This document shows, one piece after another, positions 19,505-30,855 of a stretch of 64,000 nt of DNA. Origin of the DNA: Candidatus Marinacidobacterales bacterium (lineage in GTDB: Bacteria; Acidobacteriota; Vicinamibacteria; Marinacidobacterales; SMYC01); assembly GCA_965224085.1 (NCBI GenBank), contig CBDCYI010000011.1:1440001-1504000 (forward strand). Direction: 5' to 3'. A program made the position numbers and the translations under genes. Numbering within the stretch: the stretch's first letter is position 1; each line of letters starts with the position of its first letter. The notes below the pieces were generated by a model. That model was not told where the DNA came from and made no database searches. It worked only from the letters and a program-made list of their open reading frames with translations.

Positions 19505-20617
19505 ATGAAAATCGGCACCATTACGGAGATCAAAGACAACGAATATCGCATGGGGCTCGTGCCGGGTGGCGTCAAAACGCTTACAGCTGCAGGACACGAA
19601 GTCCTGGTCCAGGATGGCGCAGGGCTCGGAAGCGGCATCACGAACAAAGAATTTGTCTCGGCGGGCGCCAGGATTGTACCGTCGGTGGACGACGTCATCG
19701 ACGCGGCGGAAATGGTTATCAAAGTCAAAGAACCGCTCGCAGTGGAAGTCAAGAAGCTGCGGGAAGGCCAGATCCTCTTCACGTATTTACACCTCGCACC
19801 GCTGCCAGAGCTCACCGACGGTCTGCTCGAGCGCGGCGTCACCGGAATCGCCTACGAGACCATCACGTCCCACGACGGCTCGCTCCCTCTTTTGACACCC
19901 ATGAGTGAAGTTGCAGGGCGCATGGCGATTCAAGAAGGCGCGCACTACCTCGAGAAGGCCGAGGGCGGCTGCGGCATACTCGTGGGCGGTGTCCCCGGCG
20001 TTCCCCGCGGAAGAATCTCGATCATCGGCGGCGGGGTCGTCGGGCTCAACGCCTGCAAGATGGCGGTCGGGCTCGGCGCTCAGGTGACCGTGCTCGAGAC
20101 AAGCGTCGGCCGGATGCAATATCTCGACGACATCTTCCAAGGACGTATTACAACGCTCATGTCGAACCCTATTACCATCGAAGAGTCGGTGCGCACAGCA
20201 GACCTCGTCGTCGGTGCGGTTCTCATCCCGGGCGCTTCAGCGCCAAAGATCGTGACCCGCGACATGATCCGAGAAATGAACAAGGGCGCCGTCATCGTCG
20301 ACGTAGCCGTCGATCAAGGTGGGTGCATCGAGACCACCCGCCCGACGACGCATAGCGAGCCGACATTCGTCGTCGACGGCGTCGTCCACTACTGTGTCGC
20401 CAATATGCCAGGCGCCGTGCCGAGAACGTCCACCTTTGCTCTCACGAACGTCACATTGCCCTTCGCGCTCGATATCGCGAATCATGGCTTCAAGGAGGCC
20501 ATCCAATCGGATCCGCATCTGATGGCCGGCGTGAACACGTATCAAGGCAAGATGACGTGCGCACCTGTAGCCGTGTCGCAAAACCGGGACCATTCACCCG
20601 TTCAAGAACTTCTCTGA
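19505..20617 (+). CDS. ald: Alanine dehydrogenase
   Basis: [42 protein letters not shown]. Confidence 0.97.
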   Translation: MKIGTITEIKDNEYRMGLVPGGVKTLTAAGHEVLVQDGAGLGSGITNKEFVSAGARIVPSVDDVIDAAEMVIKVKEPLAVEVKKLREGQILFTYLHLAPLPELTDGLLERGVTGIAYETITSHDGSLPLLTPMSEVAGRMAIQEGAHYLEKAEGGCGILVGGVPGVPRGRISIIGGGVVGLNACKMAVGLGAQVTVLETSVGRMQYLDDIFQGRITTLMSNPITIEESVRTADLVVGAVLIPGASAPKIVTRDMIREMNKGAVIVDVAVDQGGCIETTRPTTHSEPTFVVDGVVHYCVANMPGAVPRTSTFALTNVTLPFALDIANHGFKEAIQSDPHLMAGVNTYQGKMTCAPVAVSQNRDHSPVQELL

Positions 20618-20720
20618 TTTCTGAACGGCCCCCGGAGGAGAAGGGTGCACATCCCCGAGCTCACCGCCAAATACCGCTCAAAAGGTGGACGAAGCGCGTC
20701 GAGGAGCCGATCTTGTTCGG

Positions 20721-20749
20721 TTGACAAGACACAAGCCGCTTGGTAAAAA
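20721..20749 (+). promoter_or_regulatory. Putative sigma70 promoter of the hrcA-grpE-dnaK-dnaJ operon
   Basis: TTGACA-17 bp-TAAAAA with TG extended -10. Confidence 0.65.
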
Positions 20750-20813
20750 AGGAGTTAGCGGAATCTGCGCTCTCAGACGAACGTCCGCGAAAAAGCAAAG
20801 GCGAACAAGGATC

Positions 20814-21881
20814 ATGGAAGCTCCGGCACTCGATGCTCGCAGTCGCGAGATCCTGCGACAAATGGTCCACATCTTTATCATGACGGGCGAGCCGGTCGGC
20901 TCCCGAACGCTCTCGAAAGTTAACTCACGAGGCTATTCACCCGCGACGATTCGCAACGTGCTCGCTGACCTAGAAGAGATGGGCTACCTCTACCAACCCC
21001 ATACTTCCGCCGGGCGGGTGCCCACGGATCGCGGCTATCGTTTCTATGTAGGCACGCTGATGGAGGGGGAGGAGCTCGCGCCGCCCTTGCGCCAATGGAT
21101 CCAGGAACAAATGCAGCCGAATGAAGCGGGGCTCGGCGGTCACGGAGGCCTCGTGCAGCGCACGTCGAGACTGCTATCCACGATGACCGGCATGGTGGGT
21201 TTCGTGACAGGCCCGAACTCTCGCAATAGCGTCTTGCATCACGTGGATTTCGTACGCATGGCGCCGCGACGTTTGCTCGTTGTGTTGGTTTCACAAGCGG
21301 GTCACGTGACGAATCGCGTCATCGAGATTGCCGACGATCTAGCCGGTGACGATCTCGCACAATGCGCTCGCTATCTCGAAGAGCAGTTTTGCGGCTACAC
21401 GCTCTCGGAGGCGCGGGAGCTCCTTCTGCATCGTTTGAAAGAGATCGAGGCCGTGGTCAATGGCCTCGTTCGCAAGGCGCTAACGATAGCCGATGCGGCC
21501 TTCACGGAAGAGCCCGCATCCGAAATTTACGTCGAGGGCACCTCGCGCATGCTGGAGAAGCCCGAATTCGTCAAGAACATCGAGCACGCACAACAGCTCC
21601 TCGCCACGCTCGAAGAGCGGCACAAATTGGTCGGGATCCTCAACGCGTGCCTCGATGGCTCCGGTCTCCGGATCGTCATCGGCTCGGAAGCGCAGGTCCC
21701 GGTTCTCGAAGGCATCTCCCTGATAGGCGCCCGTTACTCGAATGGCAGCCAACAGCTCGGGTCCATCGGTATCATGGGGCCCACGAGGATGGAATATGCC
21801 CGATATATTTCCGTTGTTGATTACATCGCGAGTTCGCTGTCCGCCGCCATTACACCAGCGGGGAGCGAACTAGCCAATTGA
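20814..21881 (+). CDS. hrcA: Heat-inducible transcription repressor
   Basis: TGEPVGS, SPATIRN, QPHTSAGRVPTDRGYRFYV, GPTRMEY. Confidence 0.96.
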   Translation: MEAPALDARSREILRQMVHIFIMTGEPVGSRTLSKVNSRGYSPATIRNVLADLEEMGYLYQPHTSAGRVPTDRGYRFYVGTLMEGEELAPPLRQWIQEQMQPNEAGLGGHGGLVQRTSRLLSTMTGMVGFVTGPNSRNSVLHHVDFVRMAPRRLLVVLVSQAGHVTNRVIEIADDLAGDDLAQCARYLEEQFCGYTLSEARELLLHRLKEIEAVVNGLVRKALTIADAAFTEEPASEIYVEGTSRMLEKPEFVKNIEHAQQLLATLEERHKLVGILNACLDGSGLRIVIGSEAQVPVLEGISLIGARYSNGSQQLGSIGIMGPTRMEYARYISVVDYIASSLSAAITPAGSELAN

Positions 21882-21956
21882 TTTATTCGAAAAGCGCAGG
21901 GCTCCGTTCACGACGGGTTCGCGAGCAAATAGTGAGCGCCGGTGCCACGAGCACAC

Positions 21957-22712
21957 ATGTCTAGAAAAAAGAGCCATAATAAAAAGAAAAACAACGACCG
22001 TACAACAACAAAAGCGGATACCGGTGTCGCCCACACTGATCAAGTCCAAGTCGAAGTCGATTCTCCCGAAGCTTCTGCGGCAGCGGAAGAGCTGTCGATC
22101 TCTGTCGACCACCAAGAAGCGTCACCCGCCGGCGCTCTGCCGCCGGAAGCGGCATCCGCCCCGGTCGGTCTCGACGGGGGCGACGAGCCGCTCGCAGACA
22201 CGACGGAGTTCGACCGTCTCGCCGCCGACGCTCAGGAGATGCGGTTGCTCGCACAGCGCAAGCAAGCGGAGTTCGAGAACTACCGAAAGCGCGTCGAGCG
22301 GGAGCGCGCTGAGACCATCAAATACGCGGCGGCAGATCTGATGATGGAGATTTTGCCCGTACTCGACAATCTGGAGCGTGCTATCGCCGCGTCGCAGTCC
22401 GGCAGTGAAGAAAAGCTGCTCGAAGGGGTCGAGATCATCCGCAAGCAGTTCCATGATGCTCTGACCAAACAGGGTCTGGTCGAGGTCGACGCGATAGCCG
22501 CACCGTTCGATCCTCACGTTCACGAGGCCGTCGGCAGAGTCGAGACGAACGAGCATCCCGAAGGCACCGTCGTGGAAGTTCTTCAGAAAGGCTATTTGTA
22601 CAAGGACCGGCTGTTGCGACCGTCCATGGTCAGCGTGTCTCAGCCTGCCGAGGGGACGTATGACGAGCCCGTCCAAGAGGACGAGGACCGCGCCGTACCA
22701 CAGGAAGAGTGA
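21957..22712 (+). CDS. grpE: Nucleotide exchange factor GrpE
   Basis: AEFENYRKR, LPVLDNLERA, FDPHVHEA, KGY...RLLRPSMV. Confidence 0.96.
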   Translation: MSRKKSHNKKKNNDRTTTKADTGVAHTDQVQVEVDSPEASAAAEELSISVDHQEASPAGALPPEAASAPVGLDGGDEPLADTTEFDRLAADAQEMRLLAQRKQAEFENYRKRVERERAETIKYAAADLMMEILPVLDNLERAIAASQSGSEEKLLEGVEIIRKQFHDALTKQGLVEVDAIAAPFDPHVHEAVGRVETNEHPEGTVVEVLQKGYLYKDRLLRPSMVSVSQPAEGTYDEPVQEDEDRAVPQEE

Positions 22713-22737
22713 GCGTCGAGCGTGAAGGAGTACTACA

Positions 22738-24537
22738 TTGAGTAAGGTCGTCGGAATCGATCTCGGAACCACGAACTCCTGTATCGTAGTGATGGAAGGT
22801 GGCACGCCGCAGGTCATCCCAAACCAGGAAGGGGCGCGCACGACCCCATCCATCGTCGCTTTCACGAGCAAGGGTGAGAGGCTCGTCGGCCAGATCGCAA
22901 AGCGGCAAGCATTGACCAATCCGCAGAACACCGTCTACGGCGTGAAGCGTTTGATCGGGCGCCGTTTCAATTCGCCGGAAGTGCGAAACGCGCAAAAGGT
23001 TCTCCCCTATCAGATCATCGAAGCGACGAACGGCGATGCTCATCTGCAGATCGAGGACAAGGTCTATAGCCCGCCCGAACTCGCCGCGATCGTTTTGCAG
23101 AAGCTGAAGGCCGCGGCGGAGGATTACCTCGGAGAGCCGGTCGAAGAAGCCATCATCACGGTGCCGGCCTATTTCAACGACTCGCAGCGGCAAGCGACCA
23201 AGGACGCGGGCACGATTGCCGGCTTGAACGTACAACGCATTCTCAACGAGCCGACAGCGGCTTCGCTCGCGTATGGCATGACCGAGGGCGCGTCGGGAAA
23301 GGTCGTCGTCTACGACCTCGGCGGCGGCACGTTCGACATCTCGATCCTAGAGCTCAATGATGGAATCTATCAGGTGCTCGCCACGGGCGGCGACACTTAT
23401 CTCGGTGGCGAAGATTTCGACCAGCTCATCATCAATTGGCTGGTGGAGGAGTTCCAAAAGGAGAACGAGATCGATCTCACCGGTGACAGTATGGCGCTCC
23501 AACGGCTCAAAGAAGCGGCAGAGAAGGCCAAATGTGAGCTCTCGACGCAAGCCCAAGCCGAAATTGTCCTTCCCTTCATCTCGGCAAATCAGAGCGGCCC
23601 CAAACATCTGAACACGGTCCTCACCAAGACGAAGTTCGAGCAGATGATCGAGCCTCTTCTCGAAAGAACGCGCAAACCTTGCGAAGACGCGCTCAAGGAT
23701 GCGGGGCTGTCCGCTGCGGATTTAGACGACGTCATCCCAGTGGGTGGCCAGACGCGGACACCGAAGGTTCTCGAGACGATCCAGAAAATATTCCTAAAAG
23801 AGCCGAACCGGAGCGTCAATCCGGACGAAGTCGTCTCCATCGGCGCCGCGATCCAGACGGGCATCATGCAGGGCGAGGGAACCGACCTCGTGCTACTCGA
23901 TGTCACGCCTCACACGCTCGGTATCGAGACCAAGGACGGCACCTTCACGTCGCTCATCGATCGCAACGCCAACATCCCGACAAAGAAGGGCCGGATCTTC
24001 ACGACGGTCACCGACAACCAGAACAAAGTCGAGGTGCACGTACTTCAGGGCGAAGGCACGATGGCGCACGAGAACACGTCGCTCGGCCGCTTCATGCTGT
24101 CGGATGTCTCGCCTGCCCCGAAAGGTGTACCGCAGATCGAAGTTATTTTCGAGATCGACGTGAACGGCATCGTGCAAGTGACCGCGCTCGATCAGGCAAC
24201 GGGTCGCCAGCAGAACATCACGGTGCGCGCGGCGAGCGGTCTAACGCAATCCGAGGTCGCCAAAGCGCGAACCGAGAACGATCAACAAGTGCAGTTGGAG
24301 GAAGGGTTCAAAGAGCGTGACCGCATTGTCGGCCAGCTCCAGGGTCTCACGCAGAGCACACGGAAGACATTCGAGCTTCTCTCCGCAAAGCTGACCGACG
24401 AGGAGCGGAGCTCTGCGACTCAGGCGCTCACCAAGGCGGAGCAAGCAAAGGAAGGCTCGCTCGACGAGCTTCAAGCAGCCCTCTCGATTCTAGAGACCAC
24501 TGCCGAAGCTCTTGGGCAGGCCATGCTGCGCGGCTAA
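22738..24537 (+). CDS. dnaK: Molecular chaperone DnaK (short C-terminus)
   Basis: [44 protein letters not shown]. Confidence 0.96.
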   Translation: MSKVVGIDLGTTNSCIVVMEGGTPQVIPNQEGARTTPSIVAFTSKGERLVGQIAKRQALTNPQNTVYGVKRLIGRRFNSPEVRNAQKVLPYQIIEATNGDAHLQIEDKVYSPPELAAIVLQKLKAAAEDYLGEPVEEAIITVPAYFNDSQRQATKDAGTIAGLNVQRILNEPTAASLAYGMTEGASGKVVVYDLGGGTFDISILELNDGIYQVLATGGDTYLGGEDFDQLIINWLVEEFQKENEIDLTGDSMALQRLKEAAEKAKCELSTQAQAEIVLPFISANQSGPKHLNTVLTKTKFEQMIEPLLERTRKPCEDALKDAGLSAADLDDVIPVGGQTRTPKVLETIQKIFLKEPNRSVNPDEVVSIGAAIQTGIMQGEGTDLVLLDVTPHTLGIETKDGTFTSLIDRNANIPTKKGRIFTTVTDNQNKVEVHVLQGEGTMAHENTSLGRFMLSDVSPAPKGVPQIEVIFEIDVNGIVQVTALDQATGRQQNITVRAASGLTQSEVAKARTENDQQVQLEEGFKERDRIVGQLQGLTQSTRKTFELLSAKLTDEERSSATQALTKAEQAKEGSLDELQAALSILETTAEALGQAMLRG

Positions 24538-24629
24538 AGGCCCGGAGCCGGAAAACGTCCTATCAGCCGACCTTCGTTCCGACCGGAAAAGACACTCTAT
24601 AATGGGTCCAATCGGTCGGGAGATTCATT

Positions 24630-25766
24630 TTGAGTAGCACGACGAAACGCGATTTTTACGAAGTGCTCGGTGTCGATCGGCAGGCGAGCCAGCAGGACAT
24701 CAAGAAGGCCTATCGCCGGCGCGCAGTCGAATTCCACCCGGACAAGAACCCCGACAACCCCGAGGCGGAAGACTCCTTTAAAGAGGCAGCCGAAGCCTAT
24801 AGCATCCTCGGAGACCAGCAGAAGCGCGCTGTCTACGATCGATACGGGCACGAGGGGCTCCGCGGCGGACCTCAAGTCAACACGGACATCTTCCGGGAGT
24901 TCACCGACATCTTCGGCGGCGGCGGCAGCATCTTCGAAGAGCTGTTCGGCGACTTCTTCGGCGGTGTGGGCCGAAGACGCCGCGACGTTCGCGGCGCCGA
25001 TCTTCGCTACGATCTCGAGATTACCTTCGAAGAGGCTGTCAAAGGCGCCGAGACGCGGATTCTCGTCCCGCGTAACGAGCTCTGCGAAAAGTGCGACGGT
25101 TCGGGAGCGACTCCCGGCACCCAGACCCAAGCCTGCCCCACCTGCGGCGGTCATGGGCAAGTGCGCTACCAGCAGGGGTTTCTCGTCGTCGCGCGCCCGT
25201 GCGCTCAGTGTCAGGGGACGGGACGCTTCACACCGAACCCGTGCGCGCGATGCGCGGGCACCGGCCATGTCGCGCGGGAGCGTGAGCTTACCCTCAGGAT
25301 CCCGGCCGGTGTCGATACGGGCTCACGCCTGCGGCGCACAGGCGAAGGTGAAGCAGGCGTCCAAGGCGGGCCTCCCGGAGACCTCTATGTTGTTCTGAGC
25401 GTGGCACCCCACAGCCTGTATCGTCGGGACGGCGACGAAATTCTCATCGAGCTTCCCATTACGTTCGCCCAGGCCGCGCTGGGCGCCGATGTGGCCGTCC
25501 CCACCATCCACGGAACCCAGCGCATCAGCATCCCTGAGAGCACCCAAACGGGCACTATCATCAAGATTCGCAACAAAGGTGTCCCCCGGCTCAGCGGCTC
25601 AGGAAACGGCGATCAGATCGTCGTCGTGAACGTCATCACGCCATCCAAGCTCACGAAAGAGCAGCGCTCGCTTCTGGTAGCGCTCGGCGAGCTTACACCA
25701 CCGCCCAAAATGGGTGAACGAGCTCCGGGAGCCGAGAAGAGCTTCTTCGAAAAACTCTTTGGATAG
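24630..25766 (+). CDS. dnaJ: Molecular chaperone DnaJ
   Basis: HPD J-domain, G/F region, four CxxCxGxG repeats. Confidence 0.97.
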   Translation: MSSTTKRDFYEVLGVDRQASQQDIKKAYRRRAVEFHPDKNPDNPEAEDSFKEAAEAYSILGDQQKRAVYDRYGHEGLRGGPQVNTDIFREFTDIFGGGGSIFEELFGDFFGGVGRRRRDVRGADLRYDLEITFEEAVKGAETRILVPRNELCEKCDGSGATPGTQTQACPTCGGHGQVRYQQGFLVVARPCAQCQGTGRFTPNPCARCAGTGHVARERELTLRIPAGVDTGSRLRRTGEGEAGVQGGPPGDLYVVLSVAPHSLYRRDGDEILIELPITFAQAALGADVAVPTIHGTQRISIPESTQTGTIIKIRNKGVPRLSGSGNGDQIVVVNVITPSKLTKEQRSLLVALGELTPPPKMGERAPGAEKSFFEKLFG

Positions 25767-26577
25767 TTATCCGATACTGGAGCTCTCGGGCTCGGCGGAG
25801 GAGCTCGAGATAGCGGTGGCGCTCCTCAGCGAGCACGGCCTTTTAGGAACGATCGAATCCGAGACGAGCGACGGTCTCTGCGCTTACTTCGCGAAATCGA
25901 CCGCTTTGGCGCACGTCGTCGACGAGCTGATGCAGCGCTTCGACTCTGTCCTTTGCCACATCGCCGAGCCTCTCGAAGCGCGTGACTGGCAAGAGGAGTG
26001 GAAGGCGGGCCTCGACGGTTTTCACCTCGGCCGTGGCTTTTTCGTTCTCCCGACATGGAAGAGTCCCGTCGCGACAGACCGAACGCTACTGCGTCTCGAC
26101 CCCGAGCAGGCCTTCGGGACGGGCGCCCACGAGACGACACGGCTAGCGGTCGCGCTCCTCGAAGAGCACGTCGCCCCCGGAGCAGACGTTATCGACGTGG
26201 GTACGGGCACGGGCATCCTCGCCATGGTGGCGGTCCACCAAGGCGCACGCGCCGTGCTCGCCGTGGAGCCTGATGAAGCGGCGGCCGCCTGTGCCCGCGC
26301 GAACATCGAGCGCAACGAGCCCTCGGAGCGCATTCGCATCGAGTCCTGCGGCTGGGAGGCCATGGGAGCCATCGAGGCGGACGTCGTGGTCGCAAACATC
26401 ATCTCCGCCGTGCTCGAGAAAGCGGTGCCTCACATGCGGGGGACGATCCTGTTGTCGGGCCTACTCGTCGAGGAGCTCGACGCATTCGTCGCCGCCCTTC
26501 CAGATGACTGCGTCGTAAGAAAGCGACGCCAAGAGGGCGAATGGGCAGCACTCGCGCTCGAACGGCCTTTGAGTTGA
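25759..26577 (+). CDS. prmA: Ribosomal protein L11 methyltransferase
   Basis: [32 protein letters not shown]; follows dnaJ. Confidence 0.9.
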   Translation: MDSYPILELSGSAEELEIAVALLSEHGLLGTIESETSDGLCAYFAKSTALAHVVDELMQRFDSVLCHIAEPLEARDWQEEWKAGLDGFHLGRGFFVLPTWKSPVATDRTLLRLDPEQAFGTGAHETTRLAVALLEEHVAPGADVIDVGTGTGILAMVAVHQGARAVLAVEPDEAAAACARANIERNEPSERIRIESCGWEAMGAIEADVVVANIISAVLEKAVPHMRGTILLSGLLVEELDAFVAALPDDCVVRKRRQEGEWAALALERPLS

Positions 26578-27287
26578 GTCGAGAGCGGCGTTTTTTTGTG
26601 GACGATCTGAACACGCCGTTCATAGAGCTGACCGGCGACCAAGCCCACCACCTCATCCATGTGCTTCGGCTGAGCACCGGCGACACGGTAGCCCTTTTTG
26701 ACGGTCGCGACACAGCAACGTCCGCGCGCGTGGCCAGCATCCACAAGGACACCGTCCAGCTCGAGCTCGGCGACCCCATCCCCGCCCACGAGTCCCCCCT
26801 CGCGCTCACCCTCGCCGTCGCCGTGCCAAAAGGCGAGAAGATGTCGCTCATCGTCCAGAAGCTCACCGAGCTCGGCGTGACAGCCGTACAGCCACTCATC
26901 ACCGACCATGGCGAAGTACATGAAGAGTGGATCCAAAAACGCCTGAAACGCTGGCGCCACATCGCATTAGAAGCCGCAAAACAAAGCGCCCGCAGCCGTC
27001 TCCCCCGCATCGAACCACCGAAACCGTTCGACGACGTCGACGTCATCCAGCGCAACACGTTGCTCCTAAGACCCGGCGCTCCCCCGCTACGAGAAAAACC
27101 GTCGATAAAGCAACCCATTATCGCAGTAGGCCCCGAAGGAGGCTGGTCGAACCGCGAGCTCGCGCTGGCCCACGAACGCTCCGTACTGGAGCTAAGCCTA
27201 GGCCCAAGAACGCTCCGCACCGAAACCGCCGCCATCACCGCCACCGCCGTCATTCAATGGCTAGCCGGCGACCTCGCCGAAACGTAG
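26574..27287 (+). CDS. rsmE: 16S rRNA m3U1498 methyltransferase
   Basis: HLIHVLR, QKLTELG, EAAKQS, VGPEGG, LGPRTLRTETA. Confidence 0.94.
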   Translation: MSRERRFFVDDLNTPFIELTGDQAHHLIHVLRLSTGDTVALFDGRDTATSARVASIHKDTVQLELGDPIPAHESPLALTLAVAVPKGEKMSLIVQKLTELGVTAVQPLITDHGEVHEEWIQKRLKRWRHIALEAAKQSARSRLPRIEPPKPFDDVDVIQRNTLLLRPGAPPLREKPSIKQPIIAVGPEGGWSNRELALAHERSVLELSLGPRTLRTETAAITATAVIQWLAGDLAET

Positions 27288-27454
27288 CTCTGTAGATCGC
27301 TATTTGGGAGGCGCAGCGCTATGCCGGGCTTTCGGCGCTGCCGCTCGCCATGGCCGGGTGCGACCTGTCTACGCAGGTCTATCCGGTTCTCAGGGCTGCG
27401 AAGTCGTAGGCCAAGATTGTGTGCGTACGGCGCGCGCCGTTGGTGCTGGCTGTG

Positions 27455-29464
27455 CTAGCCCATGTTTACCCTTTATGGGCACCCTAACGCTCGTAAGTGA
27501 CTGAATTCAAAGGAACGGGGGTTGAATTTGCCCAAAACGTAGAGACAGATATTGTGCTTTGAGCGCCATTAATACGTTGTAATCGTGGACAATGATATGT
27601 AGTATGCGTGAGGACAGGTTATGTTCTTCCGCATCGTTCGGGCCGCAGGCGGCAAAGGGGTTCAACATGAGTATGTCCGCCTGGTCGAGTCGTATCGGGA
27701 GCACGGCAAGCCGAAGCAACGCGTAGTGTGCAACTTGGGGCGCAAGGATCTCCTAGTTGCCAATCTCGACTCCCTCAATCGGTTGCTTGGGGCCGGTGAA
27801 CCGGCCGACACCGAGCGAGCAGCCGAGCAGATCGCGGGGGCAGACGCGTGGGATTGGGGTCCGATGGTGGTGACGGCGACGCTGTGGCGCGAGCTCGGAC
27901 TGGAGCAGATTCTCGACCGGCTCGGAGGCCGCGGCAAGCGCGACGGAGTGGCGCTAAGCGAGCGAGCTTTGGTGCTGGTCGCCAACCGGCTATGTGCTCC
28001 GTCAAGCGAGCACGGTCTGGCGCGCTGGCTCGAGACCGACTTCGTCTGCGACCGGCAGGGGCGGCGGTGGGTGCCGCAGTGGCGCGATGATGGGGAGCGG
28101 CGAGCGAGTCGCTCCCCGCGGGTTCGCGTGGAGTTTTGCCAACTCAAGCAATGGTACCGAACGCTCGACCAGCTGCATGCCCGCAAAGAACAGATCGAGA
28201 AAGAGCTGTTTTTGCGCTTGCGGGATCTGTTTTCGCTTGAGGTTGACATGGTGTTTTACGACCTGACGTCGACGTACTTCGAAGGTCAAGGCCCTCCGGG
28301 GCTCGGCGCCCACGGCTACAGTCGCGACCGCAGACCGCGTAACCGGCAAGTGCTTGTCGGTCTGGTGATGGTGGACGGTTGGCCGATCGCCCACCATGTT
28401 TTCGCCGGCAACTGGCGTGACGCGAAAACGGTGCCGCAGGTGCTCAACGATCTCAACGAACGATTCGGTTTGCACCGCGTGGTTTTTGTCGGCGACCGAG
28501 GGATGGTAACGAGCGACAGCCTGGCGGTGGTGCGCTCGCGCAAGCAGGGCTATCTCGTCGGGCTGCAAAGACGACGGCGCGAGGAGGTCTATCGTTACAT
28601 CGAGCGCGCCAGCGGAGAGTGGATCGACTGCCCTGGTGGCATCACGGTGAGCGAAAAAGCCGAGCCACCTAAGACTCGTGTGCAAGAAGTCCGCTCCGAG
28701 CAGTCTGGCGTGCGCATCTTCGTCGTTCACAGCGACGAAAGGCTCGCCTACGAGCGCGGGCAGAGGCTGCGGGCCATGGGACGTGCCCGTGCGGCATTCG
28801 AGGCCCTTGAGCGCCGCGTGCGCGAGGGACGATTGAAAGCCCCCGAGAAAATCGGTGCCGCCGCCGCGCGCATACAGGCACGCCACCACGGTCACCGTTA
28901 CTACGACTGGGAGTACAAAAACGCTCGCTTCCGCTTCTTCGAGCACCCGGTCAACCTCAAGCGCGAGCAAGCCTACGAGGGTAAGTACGTTATTCAAACC
29001 GAGGAGCAAAACCTCTCTCCGGTCGACGCCGTGCGCCTTTACAAGGACCTAAACGAGGTCGAGCGAGCCTTCTCATGCCTTAAGGATGTCATTGAGATGC
29101 GTCCCGTTTACCACCAGACCGATGAGCGTGTGGAGGCACATCTTTTCGTAGCTACGCTGGCCTTCCTTGTGCATCGGGCTCTTGAGAAAAAGCTCAAGGT
29201 CGCCGAACTCGACCTGTCCGCAACCGAGGCACTACAAGCGCTACGCTCGGTCCGGCTCGTCGACTTACAGCTGGGTTCTGGGCGGACCAAGCGCGTCGTC
29301 ACGCGCGGCACCGCTCGCGCCAACTCGATCCTGACTGCACTCGGAATCGTTGAACGCGACCCGCCAGCCTTCTCCGAGGAGGTGCTGTCAGCGTAGAGAC
29401 AAACCGCGGATCTCAGTCCTTTGTTTATGATGACTTAGAGACCTAAAAGGGAAACATGGGCTAG
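27455..29464 (+). mobile_element. IS1634-family insertion sequence, 2010 bp
   Basis: TIRs CTAGCCCATGTTT / AAACATGGGCTAG; 5-bp TSD CTGTG at 27450-27454 and 29465-29469; subterminal CGTAGAGACA repeated near both ends. Confidence 0.9.
27621..29396 (+). CDS. IS1634-family DDE transposase
   Basis: YVRLVESYREHGKPKQR N-terminus, FYDLTSTYFEG, GYSRD, VGDRGM, Y..L.EVERAF..LK, RPVYH. Confidence 0.92.
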   Translation: MFFRIVRAAGGKGVQHEYVRLVESYREHGKPKQRVVCNLGRKDLLVANLDSLNRLLGAGEPADTERAAEQIAGADAWDWGPMVVTATLWRELGLEQILDRLGGRGKRDGVALSERALVLVANRLCAPSSEHGLARWLETDFVCDRQGRRWVPQWRDDGERRASRSPRVRVEFCQLKQWYRTLDQLHARKEQIEKELFLRLRDLFSLEVDMVFYDLTSTYFEGQGPPGLGAHGYSRDRRPRNRQVLVGLVMVDGWPIAHHVFAGNWRDAKTVPQVLNDLNERFGLHRVVFVGDRGMVTSDSLAVVRSRKQGYLVGLQRRRREEVYRYIERASGEWIDCPGGITVSEKAEPPKTRVQEVRSEQSGVRIFVVHSDERLAYERGQRLRAMGRARAAFEALERRVREGRLKAPEKIGAAAARIQARHHGHRYYDWEYKNARFRFFEHPVNLKREQAYEGKYVIQTEEQNLSPVDAVRLYKDLNEVERAFSCLKDVIEMRPVYHQTDERVEAHLFVATLAFLVHRALEKKLKVAELDLSATEALQALRSVRLVDLQLGSGRTKRVVTRGTARANSILTALGIVERDPPAFSEEVLSA

Positions 29465-29510
29465 CTGTGTTATACGGAATGCTCGAACGCTACCGAAGAG
29501 GTATCCAGCT

Positions 29511-30842
29511 ATGAACGAGCAGCGCCGAGCCGGACGTGGATTCCGCTCGTGGCCATGCGCCATGACCATCGTTTTGTTTGTCGCGGCGGCTTCCGCGAAC
29601 GATGGCAGGGATGAGTCTAAAGAAAAGAGTGTAGTGGCACAGGTGCCGTCACCGCCGGAGCAGCAAGAAGAAGGCGACCAGGCGAGCGGAGCGAGCTCTC
29701 GCGGAGAGCTTCTTCGCCAGCTGCGCGCCGAGAAGTCCCAAAAGCTGAGGCCGTACAAAGTTTCGAACACGGAGACGAGGACACGCCGATGGGAGAAGGC
29801 GAAGTTTCCGACGAACTGGCTGGTCAAGGGCTGGCGCGGGATCCGGCCAGTGATCGGCGGCATGCCCTCTGGATCAGGAGCCGTATTCGGTGGAGGCTAT
29901 ATCCACGGGCTAGACGCCCAGTACGTTCAATTCCAAATCAACGGTCGGTACTCCACGCGAGGCTACACGATGTTCGACGGGCAACTCGTCTTTCCGCCTC
30001 CTCAGGTCGGCAGAAGGATCGAGTTCAAGTTGGACGGAGCTTATCGCGACCTGACGTCGCTCCGCTTCTACGGCCTGGGAAACGACTCGGCCGTCGACGA
30101 TCGGAGCACCTATCTCCTGAGGGACAAGACGTTCATGGGGTCCGCATGGCTCAACCCGCGCGGGCTTCTTTCTTTTGGGGCCCAAGGGGGCATCATCAGG
30201 GCACGCACCGACTCGGGTGATGCTGGAACCTCGCTGGAAGAGAACTTTGTCCCTGAGGACGTGCCCGGCTTCGGGCTAGAGGAGACCAATTTTGGGGTAT
30301 TCGGCGGATGGGCAGAGTTCGATCTTCGTAGCAAGTGGGAGCAACCAAACGTAGGCATCGTGTTCCGGCTCACCGCCCTCCGATACGAGGATTCGGAACT
30401 GAACCGTTTCGATTTCACTCGCGCGATCGGCGACGTGAAGGCCTATATCCCGCTTGGCCCGAAGAGCCGCATTCTAGCGCTCCGCGTCCGAGCCCAGCAC
30501 TCCAATCCCGATGAGGGGCACGAGGTCCCGTTCTATTTGATGGAGACCATCGGCGGGGCGAACACGATTCGCGGTTTCCGTGAATGGCGGTTTCGCGATC
30601 GGGGGAATCTTCTCATGAGCGCTGAATACCGATGGGAAATTTGGACCCATATCGATTTGAGCTTCTTCGTGGACGCGGGCAAGGTCTTCTTCGACACGGA
30701 CGAGCTGGACTTCGACGGCCTCAAGACAGGCTACGGCTTCGGCCTCCGGGCGCATGCCCCAGGAGGCTTTACCCTTCGCATGGACATCGCCAATAGCTTC
30801 GAGGGCTTCAAATTCCACATCGGCGGCGGTCCGAGCTTCTGA
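29511..30842 (+). CDS. Omp85/BamA-TamA family beta-barrel without recognisable POTRA domains
   Basis: Signal peptide, amphipathic beta strands, PFY..IGG..TIRGF loop-6 motif, AEYRW, FVDAGKVF, C-terminal Phe. Confidence 0.85.
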   Translation: MNEQRRAGRGFRSWPCAMTIVLFVAAASANDGRDESKEKSVVAQVPSPPEQQEEGDQASGASSRGELLRQLRAEKSQKLRPYKVSNTETRTRRWEKAKFPTNWLVKGWRGIRPVIGGMPSGSGAVFGGGYIHGLDAQYVQFQINGRYSTRGYTMFDGQLVFPPPQVGRRIEFKLDGAYRDLTSLRFYGLGNDSAVDDRSTYLLRDKTFMGSAWLNPRGLLSFGAQGGIIRARTDSGDAGTSLEENFVPEDVPGFGLEETNFGVFGGWAEFDLRSKWEQPNVGIVFRLTALRYEDSELNRFDFTRAIGDVKAYIPLGPKSRILALRVRAQHSNPDEGHEVPFYLMETIGGANTIRGFREWRFRDRGNLLMSAEYRWEIWTHIDLSFFVDAGKVFFDTDELDFDGLKTGYGFGLRAHAPGGFTLRMDIANSFEGFKFHIGGGPSF

Positions 30843-30855
30843 ACAGGAGGAGACG

